Shown: piece after piece, positions 8,961 to 18,029 of the stretch
How positions within the stretch are numbered: the first letter of the stretch is position 1
Layout of the letters: the number at the start of each line of letters is the position of its first letter
NCBI GenBank assembly: GCA_965541585.1
Contig: CBEUCH010000005.1
Span: 128,001 to 192,000 of the forward strand
From: an uncultured bacterium
GTDB taxonomy: Bacteria; Zixibacteria; MSB-5A5; UBA10806
Length of the DNA: 64,000 nt
Direction: 5' to 3'
Notes under the pieces: model-generated
Database searches by the model: none
What the model was told of the DNA's origin: nothing
The model's input: the letters and a program-made list of their open reading frames with translations, nothing else
Program-made: the position numbers and the translations under genes

Positions 8961-10785
8961 CCGTTACCTGCTCGTTGAAATGTTTCCAGATTGTCTTAGC
9001 TACATTCTGCGGAAGATACGGGGTCGCCAGCAGGTCGTCAAGCGACGCTTTCTTTATCGCCTCCAGCGAACCAAAGGCGGCCAGAAGATCCATCTTTCTT
9101 TTCTTGCCCACGCCGGGAATGCTGTCGAGTTCAGACTCCTCCAGCTTTCGAGAGCGAAGCTTACGATGGTATGTTACCGCGAACCGATGAGCCTCGTCGC
9201 GGATTCTCTGCAATAATCTTATGGATGACGACGTTTTCGGAATGGAAAGCGGCTCCCGGCGGCCCCGCAGATAAACCTCCTCGAAACGTTTGGCCAGCGA
9301 GACGGTTTGCTGGTCGGGGAGGTTCAATTCCTTTAGAGCATCCAGCGCAGCATTGAGTTGCCCCTTGCCCCCATCGATCAAAAGCAGATCGGGATAGTCT
9401 TTCTGATTTTCCGCCAGATGAACAAAGTAACGGCCGACGATTTCCTTCATCATGGAAAAATCGTCCTGACCTTCGATGGTCTTAATCTTCATGCGTCGAT
9501 ACTCAGATTTCCTGGGGCGCCCATCAGAAAAATATACTATCGAGCCGACCGCCTGTTCCCTCCCGAGATTAGAAATATCACAGGCCACAATCGACCGGGG
9601 AAGTCTTTTAAGATACAGGTCGCGGCTTAGTGAATATATCGGATGGGGCGCTCTTGTCCTGGCAATGCTCTTCTCTGCAAGATACAGATCCAGGTTATGC
9701 CTGGCATTATCAAGGGCCATTTTCAGAAGCGCCATCTTCTCCCCTCTCCGGGGAACGATTAGCTTGAGTTTATGCCTCGCTCCTTCTATAAGGAAATCCT
9801 GCATCAACTCCATATCCTCGAATTCTTCGGGGATCAATATCTCCTCCGGGGATATCGTTGCCGTCTTATAATATCTCGGCAGAAAATTCCTCGTTATCTC
9901 GGCCGTATCGAACCCGGCGGTGGCTACGATATAGCGCTTCTGACCCAGCAATACACCCTCTCGAACCTCCAGAAGGGCCACACACGCATCCCCGCCCTCG
10001 GCTGATACTGCTATGATATCGCGATCTGCCAGGTCATGACTGACAACGCGCTGTTTCTGGATTACAGATTCTATCGCCTTTATTTGATCGCGGACGCTCG
10101 CCGCCTCTTCATATTCGAGTTGGTCGGAAAGCTCAGCCATTCGTTCTCTTAACCGGGAGGCGATCTTTTTTGATCTCCCCGATAGAAAGAGAATGACCTC
10201 GCCGATCATGGCATTGTAAGACTCCACCGTGGTTTTCCCTTCTTCGCAGCAACCCGGGCAGCGCCCGATGGAATAATCGAGACAAACCCGGTACCTGCGC
10301 TTCGATGGTAACTCCAGCGAACAGGAACGTATGGTGAAGATACGCCTGATAAGTTTCAACGTCTTGCGCATGGATGCGACTTTTGTATACGGTCCAAAAT
10401 ACCTGGCTTTATCATTTTGAATTCGGCGAACCACAAGCATCCTGGGATACATCTCGTCAGTCGTAATCTTTATATACGGATAGCGTTTGTCGTCCTTGAG
10501 ATCGATGTTGTATCGAGGCTTGTGCTCTTTGATCAGGTTCGATTCTAAGATCAGCGCCTCTTTTTCAGATGACGTAACGAGAAGATCCAGATCAGCGATT
10601 CGGGAAACTAATTTTTCGGTCTTTGAATCGTGATGAGTCTTCTGAAAATATGAGCGCACCCTTTTTTTCAGGGAGCCGGCCTTGCCTATGTAGATTATGC
10701 GATTGTCCTTATCCTTGAAGAGATAGCATCCGGGCCTATCCGGGAGATTGTTGAGTCTTACATTCAGATCGATAGTTTGATTCAC
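8953..10785 (-). CDS. uvrC: Excinuclease ABC subunit C
   Basis: LPDRPGCYLF..IIYIGKA (GIY-YIG), DISN, PDLLLIDGGKGQL, RIRDEAHRFA and a C-terminal HhH. Confidence 0.97.
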   Translation of the reverse strand: MNQTIDLNVRLNNLPDRPGCYLFKDKDNRIIYIGKAGSLKKRVRSYFQKTHHDSKTEKLVSRIADLDLLVTSSEKEALILESNLIKEHKPRYNIDLKDDKRYPYIKITTDEMYPRMLVVRRIQNDKARYFGPYTKVASMRKTLKLIRRIFTIRSCSLELPSKRRYRVCLDYSIGRCPGCCEEGKTTVESYNAMIGEVILFLSGRSKKIASRLRERMAELSDQLEYEEAASVRDQIKAIESVIQKQRVVSHDLADRDIIAVSAEGGDACVALLEVREGVLLGQKRYIVATAGFDTAEITRNFLPRYYKTATISPEEILIPEEFEDMELMQDFLIEGARHKLKLIVPRRGEKMALLKMALDNARHNLDLYLAEKSIARTRAPHPIYSLSRDLYLKRLPRSIVACDISNLGREQAVGSIVYFSDGRPRKSEYRRMKIKTIEGQDDFSMMKEIVGRYFVHLAENQKDYPDLLLIDGGKGQLNAALDALKELNLPDQQTVSLAKRFEEVYLRGRREPLSIPKTSSSIRLLQRIRDEAHRFAVTYHRKLRSRKLEESELDSIPGVGKKRKMDLLAAFGSLEAIKKASLDDLLATPYLPQNVAKTIWKHFNEQVTDE

Positions 10786-10791
10786 CTGGAG

Positions 10792-10819
10792 AAAATAACA
10801 TCGGGCGGAATTTTGTCAA
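10792..10819 (-). promoter_or_regulatory. Sigma70 promoter of uvrC, leaderless geometry
   Basis: TTGACA-16-(TG.)TATTTT-6 nt-GTG start, no SD. Confidence 0.6.
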
Positions 10820-10837
10820 GCCGCCAATATCCCGGGG

Positions 10838-10948
10838 CTATCGGATGGGGATTAAGACGATTGCGAGAGCAGCAAAGACAGCCAGGACGATCAACCCCAA
10901 CTCGAGATTATCGAGGATTCTCTTTTTCTCTTCTTTCATTACAATCAT
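10838..10948 (-). CDS. Small single-TM membrane peptide (36 aa), unannotated
   Basis: MIVMKEEKKRILDNLELGLIVLAVFAALAIVLIPIR*. GGGAG SD 7 nt before ATG; charged N-terminus followed by a hydrophobic helix. Confidence 0.6.
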   Translation of the reverse strand: MIVMKEEKKRILDNLELGLIVLAVFAALAIVLIPIR

Positions 10949-10955
10949 TTTCGGT

Positions 10956-11044
10956 CTCCCAGAAAATTTTCATGGGAGTGGCGGAGGGGGAAACCCCGAA
11001 TCGTTCGGGGTGGCTGGATGGTGGTCCAGCACACCACTCCCATG
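10956..11044 (-). ncRNA. Candidate cis-regulatory structured RNA (three-way junction plus alternative SD-sequestering hairpin)
   Basis: 11-bp outer stem 10971-10981/11034-11044, inner hairpins ACCCCGAA/TTCGGGGT and GCTGGA/TCCAGC, and alternative pairing CTCCCA/TGGGAG covering the SD. Confidence 0.5.
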
Positions 11045-11083
11045 TCTTTCAGAACCACATTTGTGCCTTCGCTCTTAAAAAAG

Positions 11084-11098
11084 GCAAGATCAATGCCA
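11084..11098 (-). promoter_or_regulatory. Putative sigma54 (-24/-12) promoter
   Basis: Minus strand TGGCATTGATCTTGC = GG-N10-GC with TGGCA and TTGC boxes. Confidence 0.55.
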
Positions 11099-11281
11099 GA
11101 ATCCCGATTTTGATCCGCAAGGAACGGGCAGTCGAAACTGCACCTTTAATTTATTGCCATACAATAAGTTAAGCAGAGAAATGCGGCTATTGCTCGAAGA
11201 TTTCATTTTCCCTATTCATAGTGAATCTCGTACAGATTGTCGCAGATTTATGAATCTCTGCAAAAAATTGCAGGATCGCAC

Positions 11282-13651
11282 TTATCTTAAGAGAGTCATG
11301 GATCGAATCTTCAGCCCATCTGATATCCTGTAGAAATAGATCCCCGATGACACCGGCTGACCACTATTATCGAGTCCCGTCCAGATATATCTGCCGCCTT
11401 TATGATCAACCTGAAGGCGTTTTACCAGCCTACCGAGAATGTCATATATCTCTAATTCCGGATAATTTTCCTGACCACCGGCCAAGCTGATTACCGTCGT
11501 TGAATTAAACGGGTTGGGATAATTCTGATTCAACTCCAGATGCTCCGGCGGCCCGACTGTCCCGGCCAACCCTGTTGGAAGACCCGTTCCGCCGAAATAG
11601 AAATTATCGATATAAACACCGTCATTGTTGGTCTCGGGGCTGGAGAAAAACCTGAAGCGAAAAGCCATATTCTCAAATCCCGGCCCGCAATAATCATCGA
11701 GAGAAATATATCGAAGTCTCCATTCGGACGATGAATAACCGGTGAGAGTATCGGGTAAAGCAGCCCAGGTTGCACCCCCGTTAATTGAAATCTGGTTAAA
11801 CACAAAATCATAGTTCGGCTGCAGGAAGTGTTCTTCGAAATAGTATATGCCTGCTGAAAGGTATGATGAAAGATCGAAAATCCGGTCGATTCGCGCCCAG
11901 CTAAGGCTGTTTGAATAATAATTATACGGCGAATCCTCGAGCGAATGATCCGATTGAAATCCTCGATTTGCAATCCCCCATTGATTTTGCGAGCCTCCGA
12001 AGACCCAGCCGGATGGATCCTCTTCAAAATCGTCCGTGAACAATTCACTTTCGAAACTCTGGAGAAAATACTCACTGCTTACGTAGCCTGTAATGAAACT
12101 ATGGTCGAAATCAGGAAGGTATCCCGGAACCAGGATTTCGATATCGTAAATATCGGCATCCAGGGTAATGGTGACAGGAGAACCATCGGTGACGACCAGC
12201 GTATCGAAATTGCCGGAGTGGATCTCCACAAACGCCGGTAGCGGTTCGCCCATCGAACTGTCGGATACGGTGAATTCGAATACCGCCATTTCAGCCGGAA
12301 CCAATTGGAAATCGTATCTTTGCGCAGGGCCGGGTCCGACCTCGATCGGCCCCATCTCAGCTGAAATGTAGCCCGGCGATTCCACCCTGATATGATAGAT
12401 ACCGGGTAGCAGCGGCCGATGATAATCGCCCACGATCGGGTCGGTATAAAACGGAAATCCTCCCTCCTCGATCCATACGGTCGCTTCCAGAGGCTCGCCC
12501 GTCGTCGAATCGATAACGATTCCTCGTATGCCGATATCAGCGGCATCGATAATGAATAGTATGGCCTCGCGATTGGCGTACCAATAAGTCTCGATATCTC
12601 TCTCCGGTGGCGTTTTTACCTCTGAGATTTCGATTGTCCAGTCGATATCGGAAAGATAGCCATAGGAGAAGTCGTTGGCGTCGCCATGCGTGGAGTACCA
12701 ATCGCATCCGTTGGTAACATAAAAACCGGGCGTCCCGTTAAGACCGGCATACGAATATGAGAGATCCATAATAAGCTCATCGTCAGGGGTCGCATGATAT
12801 TCTCCGCTGCGATGAAGCCCATCGTCGTAATTCCAGACAGCGTTGATATTCGTAGCGCCGGAGTGCATCGATAGTGATAGAACGTAACGATTAGTCATGG
12901 CATCGCCCCGAACCGCCTGAGTTTCAGGCTCTGAAAATGAGTATAGATGGTTGGCGTACGACGGGCAATCATCGCCCTCCGGACACAGGTAATCCCTGTT
13001 AAGATCCTGATACCGGTCATTATAACGTGAATTATTAGTGACGCCGTCGGGGTTGACCATGGGGATTATATAGATCTCCCGTTCGTTCACCAGGCGAGTG
13101 ACGGTGGTATCGCTGCCATAATTCGATGTCAAACAATCAACTATGTACAAAGGCAGCTCCACAGAGATCCTCTCGTCGCCGTGATGCGCTCCCATGATCC
13201 TCACTTCCGCCTCGTCCTCCTCGACTCCGGGATTGTCGCTTATCCGGATACCGATTATCAATCTACCTTCGATCGATTGCCCCAACGTATCCAGCTGGCA
13301 TATAGTGGGATTAGCAGTTGCTACCGAATCGAGAAAAAAGACTGTTTCCTCATAGCTGTGATATTCTCCCAGATCCAGAAGCGAAAAGACCCAGGCGGAT
13401 TCGTCGCGGTAGTCCTCGAACATTATCTCATAACCGACTCCTACGGAATCGAGCAGCGATCTTTCATATGCGGTGAGATATCCATACAGGTAGTCAAGGC
13501 TACCACGTTCTATATCGAGGTTATGTTTTAGTACCAGTTCCTGTAATCGATCTTGCGGAATAGGAAGTTTTAGTTTTGCTCTTACCGGTTCTTCGGCAGA
13601 CAACCGGTTGGCGGTCAAGAAAATCGTCAGGGCTGTGAGAATAATCCTCAT
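11282..13651 (-). CDS. Secreted M14 zinc carboxypeptidase with C-terminal T9SS-type/FlgD-Ig domain
   Basis: Signal peptide, YHSYEE, HHGDE (HxxE), PMVNPDG, DLNRDY, SEPET, H of SMHSG, TIEIS and C-terminal QNYPNPFN. Confidence 0.9.
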   Translation of the reverse strand: MRIILTALTIFLTANRLSAEEPVRAKLKLPIPQDRLQELVLKHNLDIERGSLDYLYGYLTAYERSLLDSVGVGYEIMFEDYRDESAWVFSLLDLGEYHSYEETVFFLDSVATANPTICQLDTLGQSIEGRLIIGIRISDNPGVEEDEAEVRIMGAHHGDERISVELPLYIVDCLTSNYGSDTTVTRLVNEREIYIIPMVNPDGVTNNSRYNDRYQDLNRDYLCPEGDDCPSYANHLYSFSEPETQAVRGDAMTNRYVLSLSMHSGATNINAVWNYDDGLHRSGEYHATPDDELIMDLSYSYAGLNGTPGFYVTNGCDWYSTHGDANDFSYGYLSDIDWTIEISEVKTPPERDIETYWYANREAILFIIDAADIGIRGIVIDSTTGEPLEATVWIEEGGFPFYTDPIVGDYHRPLLPGIYHIRVESPGYISAEMGPIEVGPGPAQRYDFQLVPAEMAVFEFTVSDSSMGEPLPAFVEIHSGNFDTLVVTDGSPVTITLDADIYDIEILVPGYLPDFDHSFITGYVSSEYFLQSFESELFTDDFEEDPSGWVFGGSQNQWGIANRGFQSDHSLEDSPYNYYSNSLSWARIDRIFDLSSYLSAGIYYFEEHFLQPNYDFVFNQISINGGATWAALPDTLTGYSSSEWRLRYISLDDYCGPGFENMAFRFRFFSSPETNNDGVYIDNFYFGGTGLPTGLAGTVGPPEHLELNQNYPNPFNSTTVISLAGGQENYPELEIYDILGRLVKRLQVDHKGGRYIWTGLDNSGQPVSSGIYFYRISDGLKIRSMTLLR

Positions 13652-13657
13652 AACCCA

Positions 13658-13685
13658 AATATATCCGGGATCAATAATGTGTCAA
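13658..13685 (-). promoter_or_regulatory. Sigma70 promoter, leaderless geometry
   Basis: TTGACA-16-TATATT-6 nt-ATG. Confidence 0.6.
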
Positions 13686-13815
13686 TCTAATAAGTTTTAT
13701 CTTCGAGATCCATTTTTGATATCAGATACAAATGATTTACATACAAGAGGAAATGCTGCCCTGGCATCTTGAGAAGTGACATTCTCGTATAGACTTATGC
13801 GGAACCTCTCTATTC

Positions 13816-14691
13816 TTATCGATCCAGCTTATCGCGGACCTCATTTATATCATCGGTATAGATCATGGGAACGGAATCGAGGAATTCTTCGAAATATATT
13901 TTTGCCAGGGCCGAATCCCCTTTCGCCTCGTGAAGCTCTCCCAGACGCTTCCGGGCGGCAAAAACCCCCGGATTCAGAGCCAGAGTTTTAGAAAAATACG
14001 AAATCGCAGCCGCGGTGTCGCCAACAATAGCCATGATTTCAGCGAAATTGAAACAGACCTCCGGAGAATCGGGTTTTACCTTTAGCGATCTTTCCGTATA
14101 TATTCGGGCCGAATCGATCTGCCCCCAGTTTCCCCAGATCGCGCCTATATTCAGATTTGCCTGATAATCGGCGGGATTGAAACCTAACGCCATATGGTAG
14201 TAAAAAAACGCCGAGTCAGTCTGTTCGAGCATATCATAAGAATACCCGAGATCGTAATAAAGGTTCTCCGGTGACGGGGAGAGGTGTATTGCCTGGACCA
14301 TGTATCGATTGGTTTTCTCGTAATCTGCCATAATATCATAAATATAGGCCAGATCTCGATAGGCCTCCCAGAAAGTGGAATCATGGCTGATTGCCAATGT
14401 ATAATATCCCATGGCCTCTGCAATGTTATCGGTCAGATCCAGAATCCGTCCGTAGAGGTATAATGCCTCCGCGTTGACACTGTCTATGGAGAGGTAATTA
14501 CTTAAGATAACCTCGCAGGCGCCATAATTTTCCTGATCAATGAGGATTCGCGCGAGTTTTTTGACCGAGCTAAAATCGTCGGGATGCTCCTTTATATTTC
14601 CTTCGAGTCCGGCGATTGTATCCTCTCGCGTAAATGAATTCAATGCTGACAGGATATATAAAGTCCCGATCATTACTATAAGCGATTTCAT
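13816..14691 (-). CDS. Tetratricopeptide repeat protein, probably exported
   Basis: Signal-like N-terminus and repeated helical TPR patterns (ALYLYGRIL, LYYDLGYSY, ALALNPG). Confidence 0.85.
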   Translation of the reverse strand: MKSLIVMIGTLYILSALNSFTREDTIAGLEGNIKEHPDDFSSVKKLARILIDQENYGACEVILSNYLSIDSVNAEALYLYGRILDLTDNIAEAMGYYTLAISHDSTFWEAYRDLAYIYDIMADYEKTNRYMVQAIHLSPSPENLYYDLGYSYDMLEQTDSAFFYYHMALGFNPADYQANLNIGAIWGNWGQIDSARIYTERSLKVKPDSPEVCFNFAEIMAIVGDTAAAISYFSKTLALNPGVFAARKRLGELHEAKGDSALAKIYFEEFLDSVPMIYTDDINEVRDKLDR

Positions 14692-14736
14692 AGAAGGTTT
14701 ATCGGCAAGAGAGATCAGGGTATTGATGACAGCATT

Positions 14737-16134
14737 TCAGATCTTTCGCTTCCACTTGGTGCCGGTAGAGGTATCCTCGAGGATGATGTCGCGTTCCAGC
14801 AAATCTGCTCTGATCCTATCGGCCAGGGCAAAGTCTTTTCCCCGTCTGGCCTCATTCCGCTCTTCTATCAGCTTTTCGATATCCTCATCGATAATTTCAT
14901 CTCCGGTGTAGATTACGCCCAGCACACTGTCGAATCTCCTCAACGCATCGAGAACCGATTCCTGATCGGCTTGAGAGAGACCACTATTGGCGACCAGAGC
15001 ATTGATCTCCCTGACGAAATCGAATATAGCCCCCAGTGACGGTGAAATATTCAGATCGTCATCAAGGCCTGCCTCGAAACCTCTCACGGCTTTAGCGATT
15101 GCCTCTTTAACCGCCCTGTTGTCAGGCCCGCTTCCGGAATCCTCTACGGTTGACCTGAAATCCTTAAGACGTGTAATGGCCGCCTTGGCCGCCTCCAGGC
15201 CTTCCATCGTAAAATTCAGTTGCTGACGATAATGTGTAGCTATTAGAACATATCTGACGGCCAGGGGATTATGTCCCTGGCTGACCAGGTCTTCAACCGT
15301 GAAAAAATTGCCTTCCGACTTCGCCATTTTCTTGCTTTCGACTATGAGATGCGCATTATGAAGCCAGTAGTTAACGAATCTCTTCTCCGTAGCACCCTCT
15401 GATTGGGCTATTTCATTCTCGTGATGGGGAAATATATTATCCACGCCCCCGGTATGGATATCGAATTGTTCACCGAGATATTTCATGGCCATAGCCGAGC
15501 ACTCGATATGCCATCCGGGACGGCCTTTGCCCAACGGGGTCTCCCAGAAGACTGCACCATCGCTCTCGGTCCAGCCTTTCCAGAGAGCGAAATCCGAGGC
15601 CGATTCCTTTTCGTATTCATCGGAGCTAACCCTTGCTCCTGCCTTCAGATCGTCGAGCTTCATATGGGATAAATCTCCATATCCCGGGAATGTCGATATC
15701 TTGAAGTAGATGGAATCTCCTGATCTATAGGCGTGCCCTCGCTCCATGAGTTTCTGAACCAATTCAACCATCTCATCGATATGCTCGGTGGCCGCCGGAT
15801 AGAATTCGGCTCTTTGAATATTCAACCTGTCCAGATCGCGAAAGAACATATCTTTATACTTACTGGTATGTTCGGTCAGGGAGATTCCGGCCGCTTTGGA
15901 ATCGCGAATCGTTTTATCGTCGATGTCGGTCAGGTTCATGACCTGCGTAACCTCGAATCCTCTGTAGATCAAATACCTTCTTAAGAGGTCCTCGAACAGA
16001 TAGGCCCTGTAATTGCCTATATGCGCCGGCGCATAGACTGTCGGCCCGCAGGTATACATTCTCACGACTCCGGGTTCGATTGGATTGAACTCCTCCAGCC
16101 TGCGGGTCATGGTGTTGTAGAATTTCAATGACAT
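14737..16134 (-). CDS. cysS: Cysteine--tRNA ligase
   Basis: MYTCGPTVY..HIGN, GRPGWHIECSAM, FPHHENEIAQ, KMAKS. Start taken at MSLKFYNT after GGAGG. Confidence 0.97.
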   Translation of the reverse strand: MSLKFYNTMTRRLEEFNPIEPGVVRMYTCGPTVYAPAHIGNYRAYLFEDLLRRYLIYRGFEVTQVMNLTDIDDKTIRDSKAAGISLTEHTSKYKDMFFRDLDRLNIQRAEFYPAATEHIDEMVELVQKLMERGHAYRSGDSIYFKISTFPGYGDLSHMKLDDLKAGARVSSDEYEKESASDFALWKGWTESDGAVFWETPLGKGRPGWHIECSAMAMKYLGEQFDIHTGGVDNIFPHHENEIAQSEGATEKRFVNYWLHNAHLIVESKKMAKSEGNFFTVEDLVSQGHNPLAVRYVLIATHYRQQLNFTMEGLEAAKAAITRLKDFRSTVEDSGSGPDNRAVKEAIAKAVRGFEAGLDDDLNISPSLGAIFDFVREINALVANSGLSQADQESVLDALRRFDSVLGVIYTGDEIIDEDIEKLIEERNEARRGKDFALADRIRADLLERDIILEDTSTGTKWKRKI

Positions 16135-16217
16135 CGCCGAATCCCTCCGCAAGGATCAATTACCTTATACAACAATAATCGAAAAAACATCGCCTAGGTT
16201 TAGCATGTCTCGCAAAT

Positions 16218-17288
16218 TTATCTGTCGGTCAGTGATTCAACAGTTTTTGAATCGAGCTTCTTTATGACTTCGACTATCAGTTTTACAAGGTTTTCGAAAT
16301 CTCCTTTATGTATGATACCCGTATGGCTATGTATATATCGGGTGGCGATTCCCATATATATGCAGGGCACGCCTCCCCGGCTGATATGGATTCTGCCGCC
16401 ATCGGTGCCGCCCCTGTCGAGGGCCGCAAGATGGAACGCTATATTATTTTCGGTTGCAGTGTCTATTACAAGATCGCGAAGCTTTCTATTAGGTATCATG
16501 GAGCCGTCGTAAACAGTAATGGACGGCCCCGAACCGAGCTTGGCGGAGGAGCCTTTGGGGGCGTCCGGTCCATCGGCGGCCAGTGATACGTCGGCCACAA
16601 ACGCAACGTCGGGATCGACCACGTGGGCAGCGGTATTGGCGCCGCGCAGGTCCACTTCTTCCTGCACCGTGCCGACTCCGAAAACCGTATTGGGATGCTT
16701 AACCCCGGCCAGTTCATTGATCACGGCCACGGCCGCGGCGGCTCCGATTCTATCGTCGAAAGCCTTGTTCATATATAGATCCGGATTGCCCATCACCCGG
16801 AATCTGGAATCAGGGACGATCGGATCTCCCGCCCTGACTCCCAGAGACTGAACGTCGAAACCGTCACAGGCTCCGACATCGATGAACATTTCCTTGATCT
16901 CCTGCACCTTTTTCCTCTCGTCTTCCTTGAGAATATGCGGCGGCTTCGAGCCTATTATACCGGGAATATCGCCTTTCGACGTTTTGACAATCACCCTTTG
17001 CGAAAGAGCCACGTGGCCCCACCATCCCCCGAGCGGCAGGAATTTGATATAACCATCCGGCGTAACCTCTTTGACAATGAACCCGATTTCGTCGATATGT
17101 CCGGCAATCATCACCCGGGGTCTCTCCGATGATCCTTTCTTTTTTGCGATCAGACTCCCCAGCTTATCATAGGCGATCTCATCGGCCTGTTTAAGATGGC
17201 TTTTCATTACGGCTACGGCGTCCTCCTCGAATCCCGGTATGCCGTGCGCATCGGTAAGCTCCCGAAGCAATTTCTCATATTTACTCAA
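16218..17288 (-). CDS. M42 family aminopeptidase
   Basis: GHIDEIG, KAFDDRIG, VQEEV, GGTDGG, RYIHSH. Confidence 0.93.
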   Translation of the reverse strand: MSKYEKLLRELTDAHGIPGFEEDAVAVMKSHLKQADEIAYDKLGSLIAKKKGSSERPRVMIAGHIDEIGFIVKEVTPDGYIKFLPLGGWWGHVALSQRVIVKTSKGDIPGIIGSKPPHILKEDERKKVQEIKEMFIDVGACDGFDVQSLGVRAGDPIVPDSRFRVMGNPDLYMNKAFDDRIGAAAAVAVINELAGVKHPNTVFGVGTVQEEVDLRGANTAAHVVDPDVAFVADVSLAADGPDAPKGSSAKLGSGPSITVYDGSMIPNRKLRDLVIDTATENNIAFHLAALDRGGTDGGRIHISRGGVPCIYMGIATRYIHSHTGIIHKGDFENLVKLIVEVIKKLDSKTVESLTDR

Positions 17289-17300
17289 AATTCCTCCCTT

Positions 17301-18029
17301 TTATTCCAGGATGATTTTCCCGAGCTCATCAAGACCATGAACCGTCCGGTAAGGTTCCGCGGGATCGCTGTAATCCCGCCTCTCGTCGAACTTCAAAATC
17401 GCTTTCATCCCCACCGCTTGCGGTCCGGCGACATCTTCTAATAAACGGTCGCCGACGAAAACCGTTCTTTCCGATTGCGATTTCGCCAGTGACAACGCCT
17501 TAAGATAAATCTCTTTATTGGGCTTGCGGATCATAACCTCGGATGAGAAGATGGTGAAATCGAAATAATGCAATATGCCGAATCTTCGCATCTCGTCGCG
17601 ATGAAATTTCGCCGGAAATATAGAGTTTGAAATAAGGCCGATTTTCAGACCGGCATCTTTCAATTTCGACAGAAGCTCGACGGCTCCTGGAACAAGGATA
17701 ATCTGATCGGTTGTCGGTTCGTAGTAGGAATCGACGAATTTCGCGGGAAGCCCGTCGCTAATTTCAACGCCGAGATCCGAAAGAACAACGGAAATGATCT
17801 CATACAGGTCGATTTCGGCCAGGTCCTCGCTGTGCGCCTGAATCGCATCATCCAATACTTGAAGCAGATGCGACCGGATTCTCTCGGCCGGAATCTCCGC
17901 ACCGGAAAGCTCTTTCAGAACAGGCGCGGCATTCCGACATCCCAGAAGCGCCAATTCCTTCCAGGAATGCTTATTTTCATAGATGATGAGCGTTCCGCCA
18001 AGATCAAACAAAGCGGCATCGAATTTCAA
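17301..18029 (-). CDS. HAD family hydrolase
   Basis: FDLGGTL (second Asp of the DxD motif replaced), ISN, KP, VGDRLLEDV.G. Confidence 0.85.
   Translation of the reverse strand: MKFDAALFDLGGTLIIYENKHSWKELALLGCRNAAPVLKELSGAEIPAERIRSHLLQVLDDAIQAHSEDLAEIDLYEIISVVLSDLGVEISDGLPAKFVDSYYEPTTDQIILVPGAVELLSKLKDAGLKIGLISNSIFPAKFHRDEMRRFGILHYFDFTIFSSEVMIRKPNKEIYLKALSLAKSQSERTVFVGDRLLEDVAGPQAVGMKAILKFDERRDYSDPAEPYRTVHGLDELGKIILE

Noticed and set aside
10838..10948. Flp/type IV pilin call for the small TM peptide
   Set aside because: ELGLI resembles EYGLI, but the Gly at the prepilin cleavage site is missing and no tad/pil genes are nearby.
11146..11172. dif site
   Set aside because: The arms are 11 bp but the centre is 5 bp and it does not match the XerD arm TTATGTTAAAT; it is better read as an operator or IHF-like site.
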